Assembly: GCA_041742595.1 (NCBI GenBank)
Contig: JBGSIJ010000003.1
Span: forward strand, 107,409 to 171,408
From: Fimbriimonadaceae bacterium
GTDB lineage: Bacteria > Armatimonadota > Fimbriimonadia > Fimbriimonadales > Fimbriimonadaceae
Length of the DNA stretch: 64,000 nucleotides
Direction: 5' to 3'
Below, one piece after another: positions 36,701 to 44,617 of the stretch. The position numbers and the translations under genes were made by a program. Below the pieces are notes generated by a model. That model was not told the origin of the DNA, ran no database searches, and was given only the letters and a program-made list of their open reading frames with translations. Positions within the stretch are counted from its first letter, which is position 1, and every line of letters begins with the position of its first letter.

Positions 36701-37249
36701 GTCCAAGATCCCACCTCGGCGGCTGAACTGCCCGGGCAGCCGAACCGGCTCCTGGTGCTCGTAACCGAGCCGGCCGAGCCTCCTCTGGAGCCCTTCGACG
36801 TCCACCACATCCCCCTTACGGAGCAAGAGAAAGGCGTCGTTTAGAACATCCGTCGGCAGAGTCCGCTCGAGGGCGGCTTGAGGCGTTGCCAGGATAATCG
36901 CGGGCTCTGGACTGGCAAGGACCCGAAGGGCGCCAAGGCGATCGGAAAGGGCGATGTGCTCGGGCGCCGCGTCCTCGAACAAAGCGGAAGAGCCGCTGGG
37001 AAGGATGTGGATGTCGCCGTGGCGCACGCCGCAGATCTCGAGCTTGGCCTGCCACTGGAGGGCTCGATCGTAGTTCGCCGCCACGATGAGGGTCTTTCTG
37101 GGACTCTGGAGGTGCCGAGCGGCGAGCAACACCGGGCGCGCCTCGGGACATACCGTCTGCCATTCGGCGGACTGTTGCTCCAAGGAGGCGAACGCTTCTT
37201 TCAGTGATGGGAGCGCGCCGATTCTGCGCGTCCAAGCCAAGAGGCTCAT
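33719..37249 (-). CDS. mfd: Transcription-repair coupling factor
   Basis: The protein is 1176 aa with UvrB-homology, RNAP-interaction (CarD-like), DEAD/DEAH helicase (GDVGFGKTEV; DEEQKFG) and TRCF C-domains. Confidence 0.9.
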   Translation of the reverse strand: MSLLAWTRRIGALPSLKEAFASLEQQSAEWQTVCPEARPVLLAARHLQSPRKTLIVAANYDRALQWQAKLEICGVRHGDIHILPSGSSALFEDAAPEHIALSDRLGALRVLASPEPAIILATPQAALERTLPTDVLNDAFLLLRKGDVVDVEGLQRRLGRLGYEHQEPVRLPGQFSRRGGILDIYASGRDLPVRIEFFGDEIESLRMFDPNSQRSVGQIESLAMAPSRETLYVEGHEGLAELVTSSMEREAAMLAPEASARLEELVAGDADALGAKVYFDRLDLYRPMLHPDSGCAIDLLGEDGLLVLDEPLELESIAARSEEELGQALAARRERGEILHSTANDFMLPPEHFADHSRIVSLSAMNALPDWLRLPVQLDLQAVSLDPYRGRSEALTLTLRNWTKEGVSCVFATDQPNRAKSVLEAAEIFPFDSMPTEGESGGQFLAHGNLGGGFILQGEKLAVVTDGELFGVARLKLPQRRFMEGAPIATVLDLKPGDYVVHIHFGIGVFRGLVKRIEQGVEKEFLYIEYQAPDKLFVPADQLDRIQKYLNPGDEHPKLNKLTGGEWQRTLGKAKEEAKEFARDLVKLYAARKKVVRPRYSPDTPWQAEMEATFPWVETPSQATAIQEAKKDMELEWPMDRLVCGDVGFGKTEVAIRAAFKAVQDKRQVAVLCPTTILSEQHYRNFAERLGGFGVQLGLINRYVTGPDKRDVEKRLGNGEIDIVLGTHALLGSSIEFKDLGMVIIDEEQKFGVKQKELLKKLRTEVDVLTLSATPIPRTLSMALMDIRQMSLINDPPPGRLPIRTFLRPYSKEVIREAILRELARGGQVFYVYNRVESIEHVAESLRKLIPTARIGVGHGQMHEKELEPIMIGFIKGEIDILLSTTIIENGIDISNANTLIVENADRLGLSQLYQLRGRVGRSDRQAYAYFLYASGKDLTESGMARLQALQEFSTLGSGYSLAFRDLQIRGAGELLGARQHGAMANVGYELYTQLINEAVAMLKNSVDGQSTGDVKDPLESLTPLPQFEVPVVALLPEGYIKDQAQRLYYYQKMMSCRTEGSLAAVQGEIEDRYGHPPEQVHNAFAIMGQRIHARDLGMSKVDARQGRLSITFSDREAVPPRVISLVAKKNRECYLAQGQFIWPYTGNPILGIEKLLMTFDEAFRQLEAEREKLGL

Positions 37250-37658
37250 GAAGCAACGAGGGTACCCCGAGCCTCAATGACCAGAATCTGCTTCCGAACG
37301 GGACGTTCCACCATCTCTAAAGAGTTCATTTACAAAGATAAATATAGGGCCAAAGACCCAATAAAGTCATGAGACCAATCGATAGGCGCGCCGAAGACCC
37401 CCAATGACAGGGGCCAACGAGGCGGAGTTGTCGCTTTTGCAGAGAAATCAAGCAATTCCGGCATGAACGCTTGGCATTTCAGGAATGTCGGCTTACCATT
37501 GCGCCATGACTTCTCGATCGCAATGGACCCCCGCAACTACCTCTTGAGAGGAGGTAGTTACTCCATGTGAGTACGTATTTATATAAGGTATTGGGATTGG
37601 TTGAGGAACGTCGTACACTTCACTACTCTTGACCCCATCGCGTTAAGGGCAGTGACTT

Positions 37659-38516
37659 ATGAAGAAAGCATTTACGCTCATCGAGCTCCTCGTCGTGATC
37701 GCGATCATCGCGATTCTTGCGGCGATTCTTTTCCCCGTCTTCGCCCAGGCTAAGGCTGCCGCCAAGAAGACCGCTTCGCTCAGCAACGTCAAGCAGAACA
37801 TGCTTGGCCTTCTGATGTACAACGGCGACAACGACGATCTGTTCGCTCCGGTTGTCTCCTGGAGCGGCCCGGCGCCCGCCTTCTTCGGCGGCACCCCCTA
37901 CCAGCCGTGGTCTTGGCTTGTGCTCCCCTACATGAAGAGCACGGACATCCTGCAGGACCCCCAGGCTCCTTCCATGGAAGCTTGGCCGGCCGTTTGGAAC
38001 GTCAACACCACCAAGGCGTTGGCTCCCCAGTACGGTCTCAACTACCAGGGCCTGAGCCCGGTCACTGCGGGAACGGACACTGCGTTCCAGATCACCCCGG
38101 TCAGCAGCACCTCCGTCGAGAGCCCGTCCGAGACGGTCGCCCTCGCGGCTAAGTTCTCCACTTCGGAGGACGCCCTCGGCGCTTCTGGCACCTACTGGGC
38201 CGGCGCTGGCTCCTGGACCACGGTCGTGACGGTTGAAGGCCCCGAGTGCTTCACCATCGTTCCCTACTGCTTCGTCAACTGGGGCGTTGGTTCCTGGTAC
38301 GACACCGACTACCTGAACCAGAACAAGGCTGCCGGCGCCAAGACGGGCGGCGTTTCGCTGCGCAACGCGGACCGCTCGATCGTCTCCTGGGTTGACGGCC
38401 ATGCTTCCGCGAACTCCGCCGGACAGCTTGCGAAGGGAACGAACTTCACGTTCGACACCGCCGAAGCTTCCGTCGTCTTCACGGACGAAACCCTGTACCT
38501 CTGGGACTCTAAGTAA
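37659..38516 (+). CDS. Prepilin-type N-terminal cleavage/methylation-domain protein of the DUF1559 (H-X9-DG) family, copy 1
   Basis: The N-terminus MKKAFTLIELLVVIAIIAILAAILFPVF is a class III signal with a type IV pilin-like helix. The C-terminus is RNADRSIVSWVDGH. Confidence 0.8.
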   Translation: MKKAFTLIELLVVIAIIAILAAILFPVFAQAKAAAKKTASLSNVKQNMLGLLMYNGDNDDLFAPVVSWSGPAPAFFGGTPYQPWSWLVLPYMKSTDILQDPQAPSMEAWPAVWNVNTTKALAPQYGLNYQGLSPVTAGTDTAFQITPVSSTSVESPSETVALAAKFSTSEDALGASGTYWAGAGSWTTVVTVEGPECFTIVPYCFVNWGVGSWYDTDYLNQNKAAGAKTGGVSLRNADRSIVSWVDGHASANSAGQLAKGTNFTFDTAEASVVFTDETLYLWDSK

Positions 38517-38737
38517 TGAAGTCCCTGCTCGGCGCCATCGCTACGATCGCGATTGCCGCAGCCCTTATGGGTTGCGGCTCCGAGCCGGTGGCCAAGGAAG
38601 ATCCGGAAGCGGCCGCGAAGCCTAAGGTTTCGAAGGGTGGCAACGCGGATCTCGCCCAGCAGGCTCCGGAAATGACTCCTCCGCCCAACGCACCGACCGC
38701 CGACCAGGTAGTTGGTTCAAAGGGTGGCGGAAACTAG
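38516..38737 (+). CDS. Small lipoprotein (73 aa) translationally coupled to DUF1559 copy 1
   Basis: An ATGA stop/start overlap joins it to the upstream gene. The signal plus lipobox is …AALMGC|GS. The conserved C-terminal motif is APEMTPPPNAPTADQVVGSKGGGN. Confidence 0.65.
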   Translation: MKSLLGAIATIAIAAALMGCGSEPVAKEDPEAAAKPKVSKGGNADLAQQAPEMTPPPNAPTADQVVGSKGGGN

Positions 38738-38759
38738 CCGGAACCACTGAACATCTCGC

Positions 38760-38793
38760 GATCCCTTCCGTCGCTTCATAGCCGGAAGGGATC
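38760..38793 (+). other. Intergenic stem-loop between the two DUF1559-lipoprotein modules (possible terminator/attenuator, no U-tract)
   Basis: An 11-bp perfect inverted repeat GATCCCTTCCG/CGGAAGGGATC surrounds a 12-nt loop. Confidence 0.35.
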
Positions 38794-38883
38794 CGGGAAC
38801 CAACTTTCCCAGGATCGGGCACCTTACTGCAGGTTAGATTGCGGTGAGCGGCTTAATTTTTCCTGAACAAATCACGAAATCCC

Positions 38884-38910
38884 TTGCAAGGGAACAGAGG
38901 CCGCTATACA
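38884..38910 (+). promoter_or_regulatory. Weak candidate promoter TTGCAA-N15-TATACA upstream of DUF1559 copy 2
   Basis: Hexamers are visible but the spacer is short (15 nt), so this is speculative. Confidence 0.25.
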
Positions 38911-38951
38911 ATGGTCACTGTCTTTGGGGCGTTTGCCCCGGGTGATTTTTC

Positions 38952-39800
38952 ATGAAGAAAGCTTTTACGCTCATTGAACTCCTAGTAGTCATCGCCATCA
39001 TCGCGATCCTCGCCGCCATCCTCTTCCCGGTTTTCGCCCAGGCGAAGGCTGCTGCGAAGAAGACCTCCTCGCTCAGCAACGTCAAGCAGGAGATGCTTGG
39101 CCTCCTCATGTACGCAGGCGACAACGACGACGTGTTCGCGCCGGTCGTTTCCTGGAGCGACCCTGCTCCGGCATACCTCGGCGGCGGCCCTTACCAGCCG
39201 TGGTCCTGGCTCATCCTCCCCTACATGAAGAACACGGACATCATGCAGGACCCGCAGGCTCCGGCCATGCAGGCTTGGCCGGCCGTTTGGAACGTCAACA
39301 CCACCAAGGCGTTGGCCCCCCAGTACGGTCTCAACTACGTCGGTCTTAGCCCGGTCACCGGTTCGCCGTTCGTCATCACGCCGAACAGCTCCACCTCGAT
39401 CGCCGCTCCGGCCGAGACGGTTGCCATCGCAGCCAAGTTCTCCACCTCCGAGGACAGCCTCGGCGCGACCGGCACCTACTGGGCTGGCGCTGGCTCCTGG
39501 ACCACGACCCAGACGGTCGAAGGCCCCGAGTGCTGGACCATTCCTGAGTGGTGCTTCGTCAACTGGGGCGTCGGTTCCTGGTACGACACCAGCTACCTCC
39601 TTGGCAACAAGGCTGCTGGCGCCAAGACCGGCGGCGTCTCGCTCCGCAACGCCGATCGCTCGATCGTTGCTTGGGTCGATGGCCACGCCACCGCCAACTC
39701 CGCTGGCCAGCTCGCCAAGGGTACGAACTTCACGTTCACGACCAACGAGCCGGACGTGGTGTTCACGGACGAGACCGTATACCTCTGGGACAAGAAGTAG
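38952..39800 (+). CDS. Prepilin-type N-terminal cleavage/methylation-domain protein of the DUF1559 family, copy 2 (paralog of 37659-38516)
   Basis: The first ~45 residues are almost identical to copy 1. Similarity is high throughout and the C-terminus is RNADRSIVAWVDGH. Confidence 0.8.
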   Translation: MKKAFTLIELLVVIAIIAILAAILFPVFAQAKAAAKKTSSLSNVKQEMLGLLMYAGDNDDVFAPVVSWSDPAPAYLGGGPYQPWSWLILPYMKNTDIMQDPQAPAMQAWPAVWNVNTTKALAPQYGLNYVGLSPVTGSPFVITPNSSTSIAAPAETVAIAAKFSTSEDSLGATGTYWAGAGSWTTTQTVEGPECWTIPEWCFVNWGVGSWYDTSYLLGNKAAGAKTGGVSLRNADRSIVAWVDGHATANSAGQLAKGTNFTFTTNEPDVVFTDETVYLWDKK

Positions 39801-40027
39801 TGAAAAGAAGCCTCCTCTCTGGATTCCTGATGGTCGTCGGAGCTTTGGCTCTGGTGGGATGTTCAACCGAACCGGCAGCGCCTGAGACTCCGGTCGGCCA
39901 GGCTCCCGCACAAACGGCTAAGGGCGGAAACGAGGGATTGGCTAAGGAAGCCCCCGAGATGACCCCTCCTCCCGGTGCACCCACCGCGGACGAGATCGTC
40001 GGATCGAAGGCAAAGGGCGGCAACTAG
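39800..40027 (+). CDS. Small lipoprotein (75 aa) translationally coupled to DUF1559 copy 2 (paralog of 38516-38737)
   Basis: A GTG start overlaps the TAG stop (TAGTG). The lipobox is LVGC|ST and the conserved C-terminal motif is APEMTPPPGAPTADEIVGSKAKGGN. Confidence 0.6.
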   Translation: MKRSLLSGFLMVVGALALVGCSTEPAAPETPVGQAPAQTAKGGNEGLAKEAPEMTPPPGAPTADEIVGSKAKGGN

Positions 40028-40049
40028 CCACTCTCCCGCTACCAAGACC

Positions 40050-40085
40050 GGCCCCTTCGCAGAATTCTGCGGAGGGGCCTTTTTC
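40050..40085 (+). terminator. Rho-independent terminator after the second module
   Basis: A near-perfect 15-bp palindrome GGCCCCTTCGCAGAA/TTCTGCGGAGGGGCC is followed by TTTTT. Confidence 0.65.
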
Positions 40086-40137
40086 TGCGCTGAGATCGAT
40101 GACGCGGTATTCTGCGTAGGTTCCGGTAGTTCCCACC

Positions 40138-41358
40138 ATGTCAAACGCAAACGTTTTCATGCCCTCCACCGAAACGCTCTTCGAGCGGGTCGGCGAGAAC
40201 ACGATGATCGTGAACATGGGGCCTCAACACCCCTCGACCCACGGCGTCCTCCGAGTCATCTGCGAGCTTGAGGGCGAAGTCATCGTCCAGTGCAAGAGCG
40301 TGATCGGCTACCTCCATACCGGAATGGAGAAGGAAGCCGAGTACCAGCAGTATCACAAGTGCGTGGTCATGACCGACCGCATGGACTACCTGAACGCGAA
40401 CGGCAACAACCTTGCCCACGCGCTCGCGGTCGAGAAGCTTCTCGGCGTTGAAGTCCCAAAGCGGGCTCAGTACCTGCGGGTCATTTTGGCGGAGCTCAGC
40501 CGTCTCGCCAGCCACTGCGTGTGGCTCGGTACCCACGGCCTAGACCTGGGGGCGATGACCCCGTTCTTCTACATCATGCAGCAGCGCGAATACATTCTCG
40601 ACATGTTCGAGATGTTCAGCGGCGTGCGCATGATGCCCTCCTGGATCGTTCCCGGCGGACTTCGCGGGGACATGCCGCCGGAGTTTCCGGCCCGCCTGAA
40701 CAAGTTCCTTGCCGAGTTCCCGTCCGAGTTGAAGGTTGTTGAAGACCTCCTCGTGGGCAATCCGATCTGGAAGGAGCGAACCTACGACGTAGGTGTTCTC
40801 ACCGCTAACCAAGCCCTCTCGCTGGGATGTAGCGGCCCCATCGCCCGTGCCAGCGGCGTAGCCATGGACCTGCGGAAGTTGATGCCGTATAGCAGCTACG
40901 AGGACTTCGAGTTCTCGATCCCGGTTGGATCTCGCGGAGACGTCTACGATCGCTTCCTCGTCCGCCTTGCCGAGATGCACGAGAGCTGTAAGATCATTCG
41001 CCAGGCTATCGATAACCTGCCGGACGGCGATTGGACCACCCCAGACCGGAAGATTTCGCCTCCGCCGCGCGCCGAGCTTGACAACTCCATGGAGTCGCTC
41101 ATCCACCACTTCAAGCTGTTCACCGAGGGCTATCGCCCGCCGGTGGGAGAGGCGTACGGAGCCGTGGAAGGCTCCAAGGGCGAACTCGGGTTCTACGTGA
41201 TCTCGGACGGCAGCAACCGGCCCTACCGCTGGCACGAGCGACCGTCGAGCTTCATGAACCTCAAGTCGCTGGAGGTCCTTGCGATCGGACGCCTTCTCTC
41301 TGACGTCATCGCAATCATTGGTTCGATCGACATCGTCCTCGGCGAAATCGACCGGTAG
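40138..41358 (+). CDS. nuoD: NADH-quinone oxidoreductase subunit D (49-kDa subunit), encoded away from any nuo operon in this window
   Basis: There is strong end-to-end similarity to Nqo4/NuoD motifs (MNMGPQHPSTHGVLR; RMDYL; LAVEKLLG; GVRMMPSWIVPGGLR; GDVYDR; ELGFYV). Confidence 0.85.
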   Translation: MSNANVFMPSTETLFERVGENTMIVNMGPQHPSTHGVLRVICELEGEVIVQCKSVIGYLHTGMEKEAEYQQYHKCVVMTDRMDYLNANGNNLAHALAVEKLLGVEVPKRAQYLRVILAELSRLASHCVWLGTHGLDLGAMTPFFYIMQQREYILDMFEMFSGVRMMPSWIVPGGLRGDMPPEFPARLNKFLAEFPSELKVVEDLLVGNPIWKERTYDVGVLTANQALSLGCSGPIARASGVAMDLRKLMPYSSYEDFEFSIPVGSRGDVYDRFLVRLAEMHESCKIIRQAIDNLPDGDWTTPDRKISPPPRAELDNSMESLIHHFKLFTEGYRPPVGEAYGAVEGSKGELGFYVISDGSNRPYRWHERPSSFMNLKSLEVLAIGRLLSDVIAIIGSIDIVLGEIDR

Positions 41359-41387
41359 GGCCTCTTCCGTGGACGAGAAACCACGTA

Positions 41388-41416
41388 TTGCCAAGCGGGG
41401 CTAGATGTCCTACACT
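41388..41416 (+). promoter_or_regulatory. Sigma70-like promoter TTGCCA-N17-TACACT upstream of a PEP-CTERM gene
   Basis: Hexamers with a 17-nt spacer are followed by a short hairpin CAAGGGCT/AGCCCTTG and GGAGGA 9 nt before the ATG. Confidence 0.45.
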
Positions 41417-41471
41417 AGCAAGAGTTGCTTGAAGACAAGGGCTCAAGCCCTTGCAGTGGAGGAGATCGATC

Positions 41472-42437
41472 ATGCTCAGTCGCACGAACATTGCGTCGCT
41501 ACTACTCTTGGCCATTCCCGCGCTGGTGGGTGCTCAGAATTTCGGAATAAAGACGGATGCCCAAGCCTACTATCAAGGAAACAATGGGGGCTTGCAGAGC
41601 CACCAGGTAAAATTCCCAGCTCCAACGTTGCCCGCGGTTTCCGAATCTCGGAGCTATGTTCCGGTCGGTGGCGCAACGAGCTTCGGGCGCGCGGACCGCA
41701 TTTCGGCGTATGACGACGCTGATGCATGGGTCAAGATCACTCATCCTGGCATTGAACAGTCCTACGCACGCGTAGGTGGTCCGACTCCACAGGGAGGATC
41801 GCCGAATGGCGTGTTCGCTAGTACTTTTGCCGAATCCTACACGAAGTGGATGGCGGTGGGCCCCGAGAACCAGATGGTTTCGGTGGACTTGGCCTACTTC
41901 CTAGACGGCTGGCTGTTCGCCGCCAAGGCCGCTGGAACGAACGCGAGTCTCGGCTCACAAGTAAACGTAGTCATGCGCATTGACTTGGGCAATGGGGCGG
42001 GCCTCGAGGAGATCTTCTTTGCCCGAGGAGCTTTGTGGCAGTCAACAGGGCTCAGCCCCTTCTTCCGGACCAAGAACGGATGGTCGGACTCCAAGTGGAA
42101 CTCCTCGTGGACCGATACTACGAGTACCCTCACCTCGCCGGTCGGTAACGACCGCATGTTCGATCTGGACTACGCAGACGTGATTCCTGGCATCTTTCAG
42201 GTCATGTCCAACACGCCGTTTGTGCTGGACTACACCGTGACGGTCAGCGCGTACAACAATGCGGGACTGACCGACGCCTTCGCTACCGCCGACTTTTCGA
42301 ATACGGCTGGCATGGACTTCACGACTACGACGCCAGGGTTCACGATGGAGGAGGTTGGCCTTGTGCCCGAGCCGTCCGCAACGGTTGCCTTGGCCCTGGG
42401 AGTCTGCGGCATGTGTGCACGCCGCCGTCGCAGGTGA
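41472..42437 (+). CDS. PEP-CTERM sorting-domain protein
   Basis: The start is taken at M8 after the GGAGGA RBS (MLSRTNIASLLLLAIPALVGAQN). The C-terminus is VPEPSATVALALGVCGMCARRRRR. Confidence 0.75.
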   Translation: MLSRTNIASLLLLAIPALVGAQNFGIKTDAQAYYQGNNGGLQSHQVKFPAPTLPAVSESRSYVPVGGATSFGRADRISAYDDADAWVKITHPGIEQSYARVGGPTPQGGSPNGVFASTFAESYTKWMAVGPENQMVSVDLAYFLDGWLFAAKAAGTNASLGSQVNVVMRIDLGNGAGLEEIFFARGALWQSTGLSPFFRTKNGWSDSKWNSSWTDTTSTLTSPVGNDRMFDLDYADVIPGIFQVMSNTPFVLDYTVTVSAYNNAGLTDAFATADFSNTAGMDFTTTTPGFTMEEVGLVPEPSATVALALGVCGMCARRRRR

Positions 42438-42596
42438 GCGGCCCGCCCAGGGAAGCCGTCGGTCCACTGGCTTACCCGGGCTCCCGCTTCTGGCGAAGGC
42501 TGAAGAAGATTCCCGCTTTTCCGCGACTTGATCCCGCTCGGGACCGGTGCCTAGACTGGGCCAACCCCTAGCCACGGGCAACGGGTTGGAGGCGAC

Positions 42597-43159
42597 ATGA
42601 GAATCCTTGTCCTCTCGTTGTTGGTCGGATTCACCGCTTGCGGTTCCGCAACAACCCTCTCCTTTGCCGGCACGGTCGACGATGGCTTCGAGGCTTACAT
42701 CAGTACCGACGACTCCGTGCCCGGCACCCTCATCGCATCGAGCGACTGGTGGCAGACCACCCAGTACGCCAACGTTGCGCTGGCGCCAAACGCCGTTCAC
42801 TACTTGCACATCGTCGGTAGGGACCTCTATGGCGGCCCCAGATGGCGATCGCTTCGCTCTCGCTCAGCGACTCGCTGTTCGAGTTCGCCAACGGGACCCA
42901 GGCTCTCAACACCGATGTTGACCACTGGAAGGCGAGCCTGACCGGATTCGGCCTCGACTACGTGGCCCCTGACGACCTTGGCCCCAATGGGGGCATGGTC
43001 TGGGGGATGGTCAACGGCGTCGACCCTGCCGCACGCCATATCTGGACTGGAGGCTCCGCGGGGGAGCACTACTTCTCTACCGAAATCCGGCCGGTTCCCG
43101 AGCCAACCTCCTTGGCCGCCCTCGCTCTCTGCCTCGCCGCGATGCGCCGCCGACGCTGA
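42597..43159 (+). pseudogene. PEP-CTERM protein gene interrupted by a frameshift near a C-run (~42828-42845)
   Basis: The 5' ORF (42597-42941) carries a signal peptide. A 3' ORF in another frame (42842-43159) ends in VPEPTSLAALALCLAAMRRRR. They overlap at GGCGGCCCCAGATGG. Confidence 0.5.
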
Positions 43160-43244
43160 TCGAATCGCCAACTCGTATCCCGGAGCATAATGTTTCGGGA
43201 TACGAAACGCCCCCCTAGGGTGCGTCGTAGGGACGCTTCACAAC

Positions 43245-44354
43245 ATGGGCAAGGCAAACAACGGCAACGGATTGCGGTTCTTCTCGGCGTTTGCCGCGAT
43301 CTGTTTCGCGCTGGGAGTGCTGGTCGTCCTGCCCTTCGTCCCGGCGATCCTCTGGGCCATCGTCCTCAGCGTTCTCATGTGGCCGATCCACCAGAAGGTG
43401 CATCGAATGATCGCAGGCACTCGGTTGCCTGCAGGCGTGAAACTGAACCTCGGCCCCATGGTCACCGTGATCGCCACGCTCCTGATCATCTGCGTGCCTT
43501 TCATCCTGGTCGGCATCGGCTTGTTCGTGCAGCTCAGCGGAGTGTCTTCGGATCTGGGCGCAACCACGGCAGGAGCTGCCCCCAAGGCGGGAGGCTTCTC
43601 CCTCGATGCCATCCTTCAGCAGGTCGATACCGCGGCCAAGCCCTTCTTCGTCCAGATCGGACAGAAAGACTTCAGCATCTTGACCTATGTGAACGAGAAT
43701 CGGGAGTCGCTGGTGGCGGGAATCCGGGCGCCCGCAGCGAAGTTCGCCCAATCCGCCGGGTTCACCATCCTAACGATGGTCATCGCGCTGCTCACCCAGT
43801 TCTTCATGATCCGGGACGGGCATCGCCTGCTGGAGCCCGCCCTGGACCTCATTCCGCTCCCGCGCGACAAGGCGGAGGACATGCTCCTGAAGGTCCGAGA
43901 CACCATCCGCGCCGTCTTTATCGGCGTCGTCCTGGTGGCCCTCGTTCAGAGTGGCGTCATCGGGATCACCTATGCCGCGCTGGGAATTCCCAACGCGCTG
44001 CTCCTCTCCGTAGCGTCGTTCCTGTTGTGCTGCCTTCCATTGTTGGGCGCGCCCGTCCTCTACATCCCGGTAGGGCTGGGCATGCTGTTGGCGGGAAAGA
44101 CTACGGAAGCGCTTTGGATCCTGGGAATTGGGTTCCTTGTGGTCAGCCAGATCGACAACTTGCTCCGCCCCTTCGTGATCGGAGCCCGGGTCAACCTGCA
44201 CCCCATGGCGATCTTCTTCAGCCTCCTTGGCGGAGTCCTGGCGATCGGCCCGATCGGGCTCATGGCAGGGCCGATGCTCCTCACCGTGCTCCTTGCCGTG
44301 GTGGACGTCATGCGTGAGCGTGCCAAAGTCGACGCTGCCGAGGCACCCGGCTAG
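43245..44354 (+). CDS. AI-2E family transporter (PerM/UPF0118 permease)
   Basis: There are about 8 TM helices and the family-typical C-terminal region (…NLLRPFVIGARVNLHP…). The length is 369 aa. Confidence 0.75.
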   Translation: MGKANNGNGLRFFSAFAAICFALGVLVVLPFVPAILWAIVLSVLMWPIHQKVHRMIAGTRLPAGVKLNLGPMVTVIATLLIICVPFILVGIGLFVQLSGVSSDLGATTAGAAPKAGGFSLDAILQQVDTAAKPFFVQIGQKDFSILTYVNENRESLVAGIRAPAAKFAQSAGFTILTMVIALLTQFFMIRDGHRLLEPALDLIPLPRDKAEDMLLKVRDTIRAVFIGVVLVALVQSGVIGITYAALGIPNALLLSVASFLLCCLPLLGAPVLYIPVGLGMLLAGKTTEALWILGIGFLVVSQIDNLLRPFVIGARVNLHPMAIFFSLLGGVLAIGPIGLMAGPMLLTVLLAVVDVMRERAKVDAAEAPG

Positions 44355-44533
44355 GTCCAGCCTCGCCCCTTCAGGGTCTTTACTGGGGCCGTTAGTCGAC
44401 GGCTCCGGATCTCCTGGATTTTGTCTCGGTAATCCTCGGAGGCCCAAAGCGCACTTGAGCAGGCCGGAGATCCGTGGGGAGTGGAAACCGCTCCCGCGAC
44501 AAGGATAGCGAACACAACAACAACCTTCTTCAT
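44351..44533 (-). CDS. Small secreted hypothetical protein (60 aa)
   Basis: GGAGGT lies 8 nt upstream of the ATG. The signal peptide is MKKVVVVFAILVAGAVS. Confidence 0.35.
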   Translation of the reverse strand: MKKVVVVFAILVAGAVSTPHGSPACSSALWASEDYRDKIQEIRSRRLTAPVKTLKGRGWT

Positions 44534-44617
44534 CTTTCGGACCTCCGGACTTCGGTAGGTTCGAGACCCGTCGTCGGGCGTCCAAGTTCCTAAACTCGGT
44601 CCTTTGACCCAGTGACT

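Noticed and set aside
37330-37536. 68-aa ORF (-) in the AT-rich island
   Set aside because: It has no RBS and no recognisable motif. It lies in a probable promoter region and is likely spurious.
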